Below, piece by piece: positions 11,988 to 21,926 of a DNA stretch of 64,000 bases (within the stretch, counting starts at the first letter, position 1; each line of letters begins with the position of its first letter). Below the pieces are notes generated by a model. That model was given only the letters and a program-made list of their open reading frames with translations, was not told where the DNA came from and searched no databases. The translations under genes were made by a program, and so were the position numbers. Origin of the DNA: Alphaproteobacteria bacterium (lineage in GTDB: Bacteria; Pseudomonadota; Alphaproteobacteria; Bin95); the NCBI GenBank assembly GCA_963422665.1, contig OY730441.1, positions 2,061,737-2,125,736 of the forward strand, read 5' to 3'.

Positions 11988-12853
11988 CCGTTCGCCGGCA
12001 GATTGCGCACCCGCAGTCGTTTCAACCGGCGCGGGTCTCCGTCCAGCACCTCGAATTCCAGACCCGACGGATGCGACACCAGTTCGCCCCGGCTCGGAAC
12101 CCGCCCGACCAGGTTGAAGACCAGCCCGCCCAGCGTGTCGATGTCTTCGCGTTCGTCGTCGGACAGCACCTCGCCGACCGCTGCCTCGAAGTCTTCCAGC
12201 GTCGCCCGCGCGTCCGCGACCAGCGTACCGTCGGGCCGTGTATCCAGTTGCGGCGATTCCGCAATATCGTGCTCGTCCTCGATGTCTCCGACGATTTCCT
12301 CGACCAGATCCTCGATGGTCGCCAGACCGTCGATACCGCCGAACTCGTCGACAACCAGGGCCATATGCGTACGCTTGAGCCGCATTTCGAGCAACAGGTC
12401 GAGAACCAGCATCGCCGGCGAGACGAACAGGACCTCGCGCGCCAGTTCCTTCGGCGACGGCGTGTCCGGCTTGCCGATATGGGCCAGCACGTCCTTCACA
12501 TGAATCATGCCGACGATCTGGTCGAGGTCCATCTCGAACACCGGCAGGCGCGAATGGCGCGATTGCTCGACCGCCGCTACGACTTCCTCGACCGGCGCGG
12601 CGGCGGAGACGGCAACAATGTCCGCACGCGGCACCATCACGTCCTCGACCGTCATGCGGCGCAGCTTGAGCGTGTTTTCGAGCAGGAACCGCTCAAGCGG
12701 GTCTATCGGCTTCACGTCCTCATTATGTTGCGCGGCGAGATTCGACAGGGTTTCGCTGATGGAGCCCTCATTGCTTCGCCGGCCCGCAAGCCGGCGCCAG
12801 AGTCCGCGGAGGCGGGCGCCACTGCCATTCGATGTATGAGCCGTCGTATCCAC
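11984..12853 (-). CDS. corC: CBS-domain/CorC-HlyC family protein (Mg/Co efflux-associated)
   Basis: DVMVPR, HSRLPV, HMALVVDEFGGIDGLATIEDLVEEIVGDIEDEHD. Confidence 0.9.
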   Translation of the reverse strand: MDTTAHTSNGSGARLRGLWRRLAGRRSNEGSISETLSNLAAQHNEDVKPIDPLERFLLENTLKLRRMTVEDVMVPRADIVAVSAAAPVEEVVAAVEQSRHSRLPVFEMDLDQIVGMIHVKDVLAHIGKPDTPSPKELAREVLFVSPAMLVLDLLLEMRLKRTHMALVVDEFGGIDGLATIEDLVEEIVGDIEDEHDIAESPQLDTRPDGTLVADARATLEDFEAAVGEVLSDDEREDIDTLGGLVFNLVGRVPSRGELVSHPSGLEFEVLDGDPRRLKRLRVRNLPANG

Positions 12854-12859
12854 AGCCCG

Positions 12860-13336
12860 TCAGCCCTGTTCCCTGTAGGGATCGGTTATCGACAGCGTTT
12901 CGAGGCAACGCGCCTCCAGCCGCTCCATTCGGGTAGCCTTCTCTTCCGTGCGATGGTCGAAACCCAGAAGATGCAGCGTTCCGTGAACCACGAGGTGACT
13001 CAGATGGTCGTGCAGCGTCTTGCGCTGCGCGGTCGCCTCCCGGCGCACGGTGCCGCCGGCCAGCGCAATCTCCCCGAGCGGCAGGGGGCTGCCGGGCCAG
13101 GGGCTGTCCCCGGCCGGAAAGGAAAGCACGTTCGTGGGCCGGTCGCGGCCGCGGAAACGGCGGTTCAGCTCGCGTATCTCGGCGTCGCTGCCGAGCAGTA
13201 CGGAAATCTCCGCAGGACCCGTTCGTCCCGCGCCGGACAGCGCCGCGCATGCCGCGCGGCTGCACCAGTCGGCGGCCTCTTCGCCGTCCGGCCACTCGCC
13301 GTCGCCGAGCGACACATCGACGGTCCACTTATCCAT
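12860..13336 (-). CDS. ybeY: endoribonuclease YbeY
   Basis: LNRRFRGRDRPTNVLSFP, HLVVHGTLHLLGFDH. Confidence 0.95.
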   Translation of the reverse strand: MDKWTVDVSLGDGEWPDGEEAADWCSRAACAALSGAGRTGPAEISVLLGSDAEIRELNRRFRGRDRPTNVLSFPAGDSPWPGSPLPLGEIALAGGTVRREATAQRKTLHDHLSHLVVHGTLHLLGFDHRTEEKATRMERLEARCLETLSITDPYREQG

Positions 13337-14309
13337 CGCGGCGCGCCTTGGCGGCGGCGTCATAGGCATCGACGATGCGCGTCACGACCGAATGGCGCAC
13401 CACATCGTGCGAGGTGAAACGCACCATGCCGACGCCGTCCACCCCGTCCAGCAAGTCGAGCGCCTCGGACAGGCCGGAGCGCACGCCACCCGGCAAATCG
13501 ACCTGTGACAGGTCGCCCGTCACCACCATCCGCGAGTCTTCGCCCAAGCGGGTTAGGAACATCTTCATCTGGGTTGGGGTCGTGTTCTGCGCCTCGTCGA
13601 GGATGACAAAGGATCGAGCGAGAGTACGCCCTCGCATGAAGGCGAGGGGAGCGATCTCGATCTCGCCATTTCCGATCTGGCGCATCACGCGGTCGCCGGA
13701 CACCATGTCATGCAGCGCATCGTAAAGCGGGCGAAGATAGGGATCGACCTTTTCGCGGAGGTCGCCGGGAAGGAATCCGAGGCGTTCGCCGGCTTCCACC
13801 GCCGGGCGCGACAGCACGATGCGCTCGACTTGCCCGGCCGTCTGCATCGAAACGGCCGCCGCCACGGCCAGGTAGGTCTTGCCGGTCCCTGCCGGGCCGA
13901 CGCCGAAGACGACATCGCGCTCGCGGATCGTCTTGAGATACAGGGCCTGGTTGGGCGAGCGGGGGGCGATCCGGCGTCGCCGGGTATCTACGGTCTCCCT
14001 GTTGACTCCAAACAGGTCACTGCTGGCGCCCGGCAGTTTCGCAATGCCGGTGACTTCGGCGAGCCGCGCCGCGCCGTCCACTTCGCCCGGGTCGATCTCC
14101 AGCCCCCGCCGCGCGCGGTCGTAAAGCAGGTCCATGGCCGACCGCGCCGCCGCCACGGCGCTTTCCGGGCCGGCGATGGCCAGCTCATTTCCGCGCGCGC
14201 GCATCGAGACGCCGAATTTCTGTTCCAGATGCGCCAGGTTGCGGTCATGCGCGCCATAAAGCACTGGCAAGAGGCTGTTGTCGTCGAACTGAAGACGCGC
14301 TTCGCTCAA
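13329..14309 (-). CDS. phoH: PhoH family ATPase
   Basis: [38 protein letters not shown] start overlaps the miaB stop. Confidence 0.95.
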   Translation of the reverse strand: MSEARLQFDDNSLLPVLYGAHDRNLAHLEQKFGVSMRARGNELAIAGPESAVAAARSAMDLLYDRARRGLEIDPGEVDGAARLAEVTGIAKLPGASSDLFGVNRETVDTRRRRIAPRSPNQALYLKTIRERDVVFGVGPAGTGKTYLAVAAAVSMQTAGQVERIVLSRPAVEAGERLGFLPGDLREKVDPYLRPLYDALHDMVSGDRVMRQIGNGEIEIAPLAFMRGRTLARSFVILDEAQNTTPTQMKMFLTRLGEDSRMVVTGDLSQVDLPGGVRSGLSEALDLLDGVDGVGMVRFTSHDVVRHSVVTRIVDAYDAAAKARRDG

Positions 14310-15664
14310 ATTGCGGGGCTCCCGCCGGAGAGGCTGTTCGGGCCGGCGGCCAGTATCTCGACCTGGGCGAGGTCGCCGATCCCCGCCGTATCGGCCTCCG
14401 CGTGGACCGCCTGCATGTACGGAGAGCGTCCGACCAGTTGTCCGCGCCGCCTGCCGGGACGCTCGAACAGGACGGGAAGCCGCTTCCCGATGCAGCTCCG
14501 GTTGAATGTCTGCTGCTGGCTGTTCAGGAGTTCCTGCAGGCGGGCCAGGCGCTCGCTCTTGACCGTTTCCGGCACCTGTAGCGGGTCGGCAGCGGCCGGA
14601 GTACCTGGCCGCGGGCTGAATTTGAACGAGTAGGCCTGGGCGTAGCCGACATCGCGGACCAGCGCCATGGTCTGCTCGAAATCGCGCTCGCTCTCTCCCG
14701 GAAACCCGACGATGAAATCGGAAGCAAGCGCAAGATCCGGCCGGGCCCCGCGCAGGCGTTCGACGGTGCGCCGGTAGTCCGAGGCGCGGTGCTTGCGGTT
14801 CATCCGCTCCAGCACCCGGTCGGAGCCGGCCTGGACGGGCAGATGCAGGAACGGCATCAGGGCGGGCACCGCCCCGTGCGCTTCGATCAGGTCGTCCGAC
14901 ATGTCGCGCGGGTGCGAGGTCGTGTAGCGCAGCCGCTCCACGCCTTCGATCTCCGCCAGCGCTCGGATCAGACGCGCCAGGGACCAGTCGCGCCCGTCGG
15001 GGCCCTCGCCGCACCATGCATTGACGTTCTGGCCGAGCAACACGATTTCGCGCGCCCCTCGTTTCGCGATTTGCTTCGCTTCGGCGATGACCGCCGCCGC
15101 GGGCCGCGAATATTCGGCGCCGCGCGTATAGGGCACGACGCAGAAGGTGCAAAATTTGTCGCAGCCCTCCTGAATTGTCAGGAAAGCGCTCGGCCCCGCC
15201 GGCCGCTCGAGCGCGGGAAGCTCGTCGAACTTCGTCTCCGGCCGGAAATCGACATCGACGATTCCGCCACCGCCCCGGGCCCGCTCGGCTCGGGCCAGCA
15301 TCTCGGGCAAACGATGATAAGCCTGAGGGCCCACAACGATATCGACCGAAGGCGCGCGGCGCAGCACTTCGCCGCCTTCGGCCTGGGCGACGCAGCCGGC
15401 GACAGCGATCAGCATGTCCGGGCGCCGGCTTTTCAGGGCGCGCAGCCGGCCGACCTCGGAATAGACCTTCTCCGCGGCCTTCTCGCGGATGTGACAGGTA
15501 TTGAGCAAGACGAGGTCGGCATCCTCGGGAGCCTGCACGGCTTCATAGCCCATGGCCGCCAGCATTTCCGACATCCGCTCGGAGTCGTACACATTCATCT
15601 GGCAACCGTATGTCCGGACGAACAGCTTCCTGGGCAATGCCTGCCTTGTCGGTCTCTCGAGCAT
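14306..15664 (-). CDS. miaB: tRNA-2-methylthio-N6-dimethylallyladenosine synthase
   Basis: [20 protein letters not shown], radical [15 protein letters not shown] domain. Confidence 0.97.
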   Translation of the reverse strand: MLERPTRQALPRKLFVRTYGCQMNVYDSERMSEMLAAMGYEAVQAPEDADLVLLNTCHIREKAAEKVYSEVGRLRALKSRRPDMLIAVAGCVAQAEGGEVLRRAPSVDIVVGPQAYHRLPEMLARAERARGGGGIVDVDFRPETKFDELPALERPAGPSAFLTIQEGCDKFCTFCVVPYTRGAEYSRPAAAVIAEAKQIAKRGAREIVLLGQNVNAWCGEGPDGRDWSLARLIRALAEIEGVERLRYTTSHPRDMSDDLIEAHGAVPALMPFLHLPVQAGSDRVLERMNRKHRASDYRRTVERLRGARPDLALASDFIVGFPGESERDFEQTMALVRDVGYAQAYSFKFSPRPGTPAAADPLQVPETVKSERLARLQELLNSQQQTFNRSCIGKRLPVLFERPGRRRGQLVGRSPYMQAVHAEADTAGIGDLAQVEILAAGPNSLSGGSPAI

Positions 15665-15699
15665 CGGTATGTCAGAAGCTAGCATTCGGCGGAGGCGCG

Positions 15700-16494
15700 T
15701 CAACCGCCTGCGAGGCGGCCGGCCAAGGCTCGTTCGACGCCGCCGGCGACCTTGCTGTGGCATGTCCTAGCCATTTCGCGCCGGTTCGCGAACTCCGCGT
15801 AGCTGGTCGGCTCGTGCAGCACTATGTCCACGGATATCCGCCCGAGGCCCACAACAGTCCAGATATGCCCCGCCATGCCCATGTCTCCGTACCAGGAGAT
15901 GCGCGGCATATGCGCCCGACCTGTCGGCAGGCCGTCTATGGCCGAATAGGCGATGGATACCGGCTGCACCACCAACGGCTTGCCGCCAACTTCGCGCTCG
16001 GCGACGCTGAACAGGGCGCTCTTGAACGGCAGCACCCAGGTTCCATCGTTCGATGTGCCTTCCGGGAAGAGGATCAAGTTGTCGCCGCTCTCGAGGCGTG
16101 TCTGCATGGCGTCGCGCTGACCGGCCGTCGACCGCGGCCGCCGGTCCACGAACACGCTTCTTTGCAGCTTGGCGAGTTGCCCGAAGAAAGGCCAGCCGGC
16201 AACCTCCGATTTCGCAACGAAGGAGGCAGGCAGCGTCGCTCCCAGCGTGATGATATCGAGATAGGTCACGTGGTTGCAGACGAACAAGGTCGGCCGAGCG
16301 GTGCTCAGCGTTCCGTGCATCCTGAGTTCGAAGCCCAGAAGCCCGGCGCAGCGCCGGTGATAGGCAAGCGGCAGACGCACGGCGAGAGGCCAGTCGAAGA
16401 GCACGGCAAGCGCCTGCACCGGCATCAGCGGAAGCGTGTACAGGACGTAAGCGAGAAGGCGCCCCAGGGCGCGCAGCGGCGAGTGCCGGATCAC
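15700..16494 (-). CDS. olsA: lyso-ornithine lipid / lysophospholipid acyltransferase (PlsC family)
   Basis: NHVTYLD, FVAKSEV, FPEGTS motifs. Adjacent to the olsB-like gene. Confidence 0.82.
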   Translation of the reverse strand: MIRHSPLRALGRLLAYVLYTLPLMPVQALAVLFDWPLAVRLPLAYHRRCAGLLGFELRMHGTLSTARPTLFVCNHVTYLDIITLGATLPASFVAKSEVAGWPFFGQLAKLQRSVFVDRRPRSTAGQRDAMQTRLESGDNLILFPEGTSNDGTWVLPFKSALFSVAEREVGGKPLVVQPVSIAYSAIDGLPTGRAHMPRISWYGDMGMAGHIWTVVGLGRISVDIVLHEPTSYAEFANRREMARTCHSKVAGGVERALAGRLAGG

Positions 16495-17432
16495 GAGGCC
16501 AGCGCCTCCCGCGAAAATTCGCCGTCGCGGCTGTAGCGCCGCAGATAGCGGTCGGTTACGCCGTCCGGGCGGACGACGATACAGACATCCACCGTATCGA
16601 ACTCGCTGTCGATCACCGCGCCGTCGCCGACGCCGCCTCCAAGGCGCAGATAGCCCTTGATGAGCGGGGGCAGGGCGGCCAGCGCCTCCCTCTTGTCGAT
16701 ATCCTCCCGGGCCATGCGCCGCATTTCGACATGGCGCGAACGCAGCGCCTTCGGCCTGAGCGCAAGCGGCGCCAGATGCTCGTAATACAGGTAGGAAAGA
16801 GGCAGGGCGTGGGCGTCGGGATCGGCGCCCGGAAAACTCCCGCACCCGAACAGCAGCTTGATATTGTAGTGCAACACATAACGCGCGATCCCGCGCCAGA
16901 GCATCTGCATGGTGTGATGGCGGCGATAGTCCGGGTGGACGCAGGAGCGTCCGAGTTCGAGGATTTGCCGCCCGCCGCGCAGCAGCTTGCGGATGTTGTA
17001 TTCGTCCTGGGTATAGAAGCGTCCGAGACGCGCCGCCGCATCGCGCCGCATCAACCGGTAGGTGCCGACGATGGCGGACGGACCGCCGCCGAGGCGGCGG
17101 TCCAGCACGATGAGGTGGTCGCAATAGGGATCGAAGCGGTCGAAATCGCGCTCGGCCGCTGCAATTGCCGGACTCGGCTGCGCCGTCATCTCCTCGTAGA
17201 AGACTTTGAACCGCAGCGCCTGCGCGGCGTCGATATCCGCGTCCGTCTGCGCCAGGCGGACCACCAGATCTCCCGACTCGACGATGAACGGACTGCGCTG
17301 GGCAATCGGGGCGGCGCGCCGGCGGCGAGCCGCCGGGCCGAAAAACGGCACGATAAGGCCGCGTTTGCCGGGCGGCGTCACCCGCCGGCGCGGAACGACC
17401 CGACTCACGGCTTTCCTGACCTTGAGAGCCAC
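16491..17432 (-). CDS. olsB: ornithine N-acyltransferase (GNAT, Acetyltransf_5)
   Basis: AQALRFKVFYEE, DRFDPYCDHL, VGTYRL, LELGRSCV, LPPLIKGYLRLG. Start uncertain. Confidence 0.88.
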   Translation of the reverse strand: MALKVRKAVSRVVPRRRVTPPGKRGLIVPFFGPAARRRRAAPIAQRSPFIVESGDLVVRLAQTDADIDAAQALRFKVFYEEMTAQPSPAIAAAERDFDRFDPYCDHLIVLDRRLGGGPSAIVGTYRLMRRDAAARLGRFYTQDEYNIRKLLRGGRQILELGRSCVHPDYRRHHTMQMLWRGIARYVLHYNIKLLFGCGSFPGADPDAHALPLSYLYYEHLAPLALRPKALRSRHVEMRRMAREDIDKREALAALPPLIKGYLRLGGGVGDGAVIDSEFDTVDVCIVVRPDGVTDRYLRRYSRDGEFSREALAS

Positions 17433-17526
17433 CGCAACGCCTTTCTCTGACCGTCCCCAGTTTACTCTGCCCGGGGCGGCGCGCCTAGTGAGGCTGTGCG
17501 TCCTCCGGCCTGCAGCCGCAACGCGG

Positions 17527-17940
17527 TCAACCGCGGGCGCTGCGGCGGCCGAGGCCGATCTTCTTGGCGAGTTCGCTACGCTGGGCCGCATAGTCGGGCG
17601 CGACCATCGGATAATCGGTCGGCAGGTTCCAGCGTTCCCGGTATTCGTCGGGCGTCATGTTGTAGGCCGTCTTGAGGTGGCGGCGGAGCATTTTGAGTTT
17701 CTTGCCGTCCTCGAGACAGACAATGTGGTCCGGCATCACGGACCGATGAACGGGAACTGCCGGAAGGGGGCGGTCGGGTTGTGTCTGCGAGCGTTCGTCG
17801 AGGCTTGTGAGGGTCACGTAAACCTGCCGGATGAGTTCGGGAAGGTCGGTGACCGAAACCGTATTGTTGGAGACATGCGCCGAAACAATTCTTGAAGTCT
17901 GCTCCAGAAGGTTGCGGCGGCTCTGCGTCTCGTCGCTCAT
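17527..17940 (-). CDS. mucR: MucR/Ros family zinc-finger regulator
   Basis: IVSAHVSNN, IVCLEDGKKLKMLRRHL, YPMVAPDYAAQRSELAKKIGLG. Confidence 0.95.
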   Translation of the reverse strand: MSDETQSRRNLLEQTSRIVSAHVSNNTVSVTDLPELIRQVYVTLTSLDERSQTQPDRPLPAVPVHRSVMPDHIVCLEDGKKLKMLRRHLKTAYNMTPDEYRERWNLPTDYPMVAPDYAAQRSELAKKIGLGRRSARG

Positions 17941-18283
17941 TTCCGACGCTCCCCCTTTGTCCGGCGGACAATCGAAAGCCGAAAATAGGGCGGTGCCATA
18001 ACCCGGCAAGGCCGGCTTCCTGTTCCCTTCGGCGTTTTCCCGCCCGAAAGTCGCATCCGGGCTTCCGGACGGTCGCATCGCGACAAGTGTCGGTCCGCTG
18101 GCAGGGCCGATGCTCTTCGCGGCACAGATAACCGGCGTCAATGGCAGGCGGCCGGGCTGCTCCGGGAGGTGGGATCGTCATGTCGCTGCTCGTCGGTTCC
18201 CGCAGTCCTTCGATCTGTCATATCCCGGTCGTGCCGCCCTGTCGTCCCGACAAAAGCACACGCGCGCGAACGGAGGCCTGACC

Positions 18284-19375
18284 ATGGACGCCTATGCGAT
18301 CATGCATGACGAACTGGACTTGGAGGTCCGCTGGCCCGGCGGCGAGTCGACGCGCTTTCCGTGGATATGGATGCGTGTCAATGAACCGGGCGCCTTCGAC
18401 CCGGTCACGCGCGAGCGGCGGTTCGACCTCGCGGGAGTCGCGCCGGATATTCGGCCCGACGATGTCGAACTCAGCGGCGACACGCTGGTCGTCCGCTGGC
18501 CGGACAGCGACGGCGCCAGCCAGGTGCCGATGGCCTGGCTGGAGGCCCGGAGGCCGGACGCGCCGGAACCTGTCGACCCGGCGGCAATCGTCCCGGAACT
18601 CTGGGACGCATCCCTCGCCGAAAGGCTCCCGCGCCATAAGGCGGACGGCGACCTCAAGGCATTCCTTACCGATCTGAAACGCTTCGGGCTTGTGCTTGTC
18701 GACGAGCTGGATGACGATCCCGAAGCCGGCGTCGCCTTCGGCATGCGCATCGCGTATATCCGCGAGACCTATTTCGGCCGCATCTTCGAGGTCTATACCC
18801 ATCCCAAGCCGAACAGCCTCGCCTACACGGCGCAGGCGCTCGCGCCGCACACCGATCTCCCCTATTACGAAACCCCGCCGGGCGTGCAATTCCTGCATTG
18901 CGTCCGCAACGGAGCGGCGGGCGGCTCGAGCCTGTTCGTGGACGGGTTTCGCGCCGGGCAGGTGTTGCGCGAGGAGACGCCGGAGGAATTCGACCTGCTC
19001 AGCCGGCAGAGAATGCCATACCGGTTCATCGACGATGTATCGGACATGCGCCACCGCCGTCCGGTCCTCGCCCTGGACGACAGGGGCGAACTTGTCGAGG
19101 TCGCCCTCAATCCGGCGCTTGCCGACGAAATCCGGCTCGAAGTCGACCCTGCGGCGACGAGAAGCTACTATGCGGCTTACCAGCGGCTGATGACGATCAC
19201 GCGCCGGCCGGAGCTCATGCTGCATATGCTGCTGGAGCCCGGCGCCATGGTCGCCTTCGACAACCGGCGCGTGCTTCACGGGCGGGACGCGTTCGACCCT
19301 TCGACCGGAGAACGCTGGCTGCGCGGCTTCTATATAGACCGCACCGACATCGACAGCCGTCTCCGCTGCCCGTAG
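18284..19375 (+). CDS. TauD/TfdA-family 2-oxoglutarate Fe(II) dioxygenase (gamma-butyrobetaine/trimethyllysine hydroxylase-like)
   Basis: HTD facial triad, QFLHC, VDGF, FDNRRVLHGR, plus a GBBH-like N-terminal domain. Confidence 0.88.
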   Translation: MDAYAIMHDELDLEVRWPGGESTRFPWIWMRVNEPGAFDPVTRERRFDLAGVAPDIRPDDVELSGDTLVVRWPDSDGASQVPMAWLEARRPDAPEPVDPAAIVPELWDASLAERLPRHKADGDLKAFLTDLKRFGLVLVDELDDDPEAGVAFGMRIAYIRETYFGRIFEVYTHPKPNSLAYTAQALAPHTDLPYYETPPGVQFLHCVRNGAAGGSSLFVDGFRAGQVLREETPEEFDLLSRQRMPYRFIDDVSDMRHRRPVLALDDRGELVEVALNPALADEIRLEVDPAATRSYYAAYQRLMTITRRPELMLHMLLEPGAMVAFDNRRVLHGRDAFDPSTGERWLRGFYIDRTDIDSRLRCP

Positions 19376-19450
19376 CGAACTCGCTCCCGTTTTGCCGAAC
19401 CGCCAGCCTGGGCAGTATGCTGCGGCGATTCGACGAGGGAGGCAACAGAC

Positions 19451-20227
19451 ATGGACTCGATGGCGGACGGCAGGCCGGTCGGCATGAGCGCCGGGGAATG
19501 GCAAGCGCGGTGCGACCTGGCCGCGGCCTATCGGCTATGTGCGCTTTACGGGTGGACGGACCTCAACAACACCCATATCTCGGCGCGCCTGCCGGGGACG
19601 GATGATTCCTTCCTGCTGAATCCTTTCGGCATGTTCTTCGAGGAGATCACGGCCTCCTCGTTGATCGTGGTTGACCGGGAGGGGAATGTGCAGAGCGAGT
19701 CGGACCATGGCGCCAATCTCGCCGGCTTCGTCATCCACGGCGCCATTCACACGGCCATGCCGCACCTGCATTTCATCATGCACACGCACTCGCGATACGG
19801 CGTTGCCGTCGCCATGCAGGAGTGCGGGTTGCTGCCGGCAAGCCAGAAGGCGCTCACCGTTATGGGCTGGCTCGGCTACCACGATTTCGAGGGCACGGCG
19901 ACCGACACGGATGAACGGCCGCGGATCGTGCACGACCTCGGGGACCGGCGGGTCCTGATGTTGCGGAACCATGGCCTGCTGACGGTCGGCGAGACGATGG
20001 GCGAGGCGTTCGTGTGGATGTACCGGATCGAGACCGCCTGCCGCCACCAGATCGACGCCCAGGCCGGCGGGGCGCCGCTGCGCGAAATCTCGCCGGCGAC
20101 CCAGGAGAAGACGGTCGCGGCCGGCAAGTCGATGTACGGACCCGGCGGCTTCATCGAGGTCGGCAGGGAATGGCCGGCCCTGCTGCGCCAGCTCGAACGG
20201 GCGGGTATGGACGACTACCGGCGCTGA
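19451..20227 (+). CDS. class II aldolase/adducin family protein
   Basis: DLAAAYRL, THISAR, EITASSLI, GFVIHGAIH, MHTHS, LRNHGLL. Confidence 0.92.
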   Translation: MDSMADGRPVGMSAGEWQARCDLAAAYRLCALYGWTDLNNTHISARLPGTDDSFLLNPFGMFFEEITASSLIVVDREGNVQSESDHGANLAGFVIHGAIHTAMPHLHFIMHTHSRYGVAVAMQECGLLPASQKALTVMGWLGYHDFEGTATDTDERPRIVHDLGDRRVLMLRNHGLLTVGETMGEAFVWMYRIETACRHQIDAQAGGAPLREISPATQEKTVAAGKSMYGPGGFIEVGREWPALLRQLERAGMDDYRR

Positions 20228-20670
20228 CCCGGACCGTCGGCGTTTGTCCCCAGCCGGAGGACAAGGGCGTCCTCGCGGCCTGAGGAGATGCGGTAATATC
20301 CGCGCCGGCGGCCGACCGGCTCGAAGCCGAACCTCGCGTAAAGTGCGCGGGCGGCGCGATTGCGCTCGGCGACTTCCAGGAACAATGCCCTGTTGTCGAG
20401 GGCGGCGAGCGCGTCTTCGAGCAGCGCCGTCGCAACACCCCGTCGCCGTGCGGCGGGGTGGGTCGCAATCATCACCACTTCCGCCTCATCGCCGGCGCAG
20501 CGCAGATGCAGGAAGCCGACGGGCGCGGGGCCGTCCATCGCGATGCGGGTGCGCCCGCCCGGAGCGGCGACCAGGCTGCGCCAGGCCTCCGCCGGCCAGG
20601 CTGCCTCCGGCATGGCGGCGCTGTGGATGGCCGCAAGAATCCCGGCGTGCGACGGGGCGGCTGCGATCAC
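20215..20670 (-). CDS. rimI: RimI-like GNAT acetyltransferase
   Basis: HPAARRRGVATALL, LFLEVAERN..ARALY..GF..VGRRRGYY. Follows tsaB. Confidence 0.88.
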   Translation of the reverse strand: MIAAAPSHAGILAAIHSAAMPEAAWPAEAWRSLVAAPGGRTRIAMDGPAPVGFLHLRCAGDEAEVVMIATHPAARRRGVATALLEDALAALDNRALFLEVAERNRAARALYARFGFEPVGRRRGYYRISSGREDALVLRLGTNADGPGQRR

Positions 20671-21272
20671 GGCCTGACGGGCCCGGTATGCGGCCGGGTG
20701 AGATAGAGCGGCGATGCCGGGCCGGGCGGGAAATTCCTGCCGAGCAGCCGGGCCGCATCCGGCAGCGCCGGCCCGAGCACCCGGACCGCTCCCGGCACCA
20801 GCGCGGCGAGGACTGCTGCTGCATCGCCGACGACGGAGAAGGGCGCCTGCGCGGCCAGAGCCTCCGCCGTCGTGACGAAAGGATCGGCGGCGCCCGACAG
20901 GTCCGCGGCGTAAAGGCCGCCGCGCCTGGTGTCCAGCACGGCGAACAGGCGGCCCTCCGGCGGCTCCGTCGGGCGCAGCGCCTCGAAGGTGGGCACGGCG
21001 GCAATCGCGGCCCCGGTGGCGAGCGCCAGTCCGCGCGCCGCCGCCAGTGCGATCCGGATGCCGGTAAAGGAGCCGGGCCCCCGCGTGACGACGACTCGCG
21101 AAAGTTCGGGGAAGGCCGCGCCGGCATCGGCCATGGCGCGTTCCACCATGACCGGCGCCGCCTCCGCATGGCCGCGCGCCATCGCCCGCCAATGGCTCGC
21201 CACCAGCTTCCCGTTTCGCGCGATGGCGACGGAGCAGGCATTGGCCGCGCAATCGAGCGCGATTTCGACCAT
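20667..21272 (-). CDS. tsaB: tRNA threonylcarbamoyladenosine biosynthesis protein TsaB
   Basis: HAE..P, VTRGPGSFTGIRIALAAARGLA, LDTRRG, PLYL. Confidence 0.92.
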   Translation of the reverse strand: MVEIALDCAANACSVAIARNGKLVASHWRAMARGHAEAAPVMVERAMADAGAAFPELSRVVVTRGPGSFTGIRIALAAARGLALATGAAIAAVPTFEALRPTEPPEGRLFAVLDTRRGGLYAADLSGAADPFVTTAEALAAQAPFSVVGDAAAVLAALVPGAVRVLGPALPDAARLLGRNFPPGPASPLYLTRPHTGPVRP

Positions 21273-21318
21273 GGGATGCGCAGGTATTGCCGAGGGGCGC
21301 CCCCGCCCCGGGGCGTCC

Positions 21319-21870
21319 TCAGGGGACCGGATAGACCGCTTCGACTTCCGGGATGTAGTGGCGCAGCATGTTCTCGACGCCCATCTTCAGGGTCGCCGTC
21401 GAACTTGGGCAGCCGGCGCAGGCGCCTTGCATGCTGAGATAGACGACACCCTCCTCGAAGGCGCGGAAGACGATATCGCCCCCGTCCTGCGCCACCGCCG
21501 GGCGGACCCGCGTCTCCAGCAGCTCCTTAATCTGCGAAACGACCTCGCCGTCCTCCGCGCCGTCGTCGGCATCGTCCGCCCCACTGTCCAGCATGACGGG
21601 GCGGCCGGCCATGAAATGGTCCATGATCGCGCCGAGGATCATCGGCTTCAGCACCTGCCAGTCGCGCGCGTCGTCCTTGCTGACGGTCACGAAGTCGCTG
21701 CCGAGGAACACCGCCCGGACACCCGGCACATCGAAGAGCGTCTGGGCCAGCGGCGAGCGTTCCGCGCCCTCGACCGACGGGAAATCGGCCGTGCCGCGCG
21801 CCATCACGTTCACGCCGGGGATGAACTTCAATGTCGCGGGGTTGGGGGTCTGCTCGGTCTGAATGAACAT
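21319..21870 (-). CDS. nfuA: NifU/Nfu-family Fe-S carrier protein
   Basis: MFIQTEQTPNPATLKF, VRPAVAQDGGDI, GACAGCPSS. Confidence 0.93.
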   Translation of the reverse strand: MFIQTEQTPNPATLKFIPGVNVMARGTADFPSVEGAERSPLAQTLFDVPGVRAVFLGSDFVTVSKDDARDWQVLKPMILGAIMDHFMAGRPVMLDSGADDADDGAEDGEVVSQIKELLETRVRPAVAQDGGDIVFRAFEEGVVYLSMQGACAGCPSSTATLKMGVENMLRHYIPEVEAVYPVP

Positions 21871-21926
21871 CGGCTGCGTCCTCCGGCCCAATATGCCTGC
21901 CTAGATGGACCGGAACCGCCGCGAAA

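Noticed and set aside
13329-15152. 607-aa PhoH, 588-aa TIGR02186 and 345-aa RimI in the ORF track
   Set aside because: The N-terminal extensions overlap upstream genes in another frame. The true starts are coupled to the upstream stop codons.
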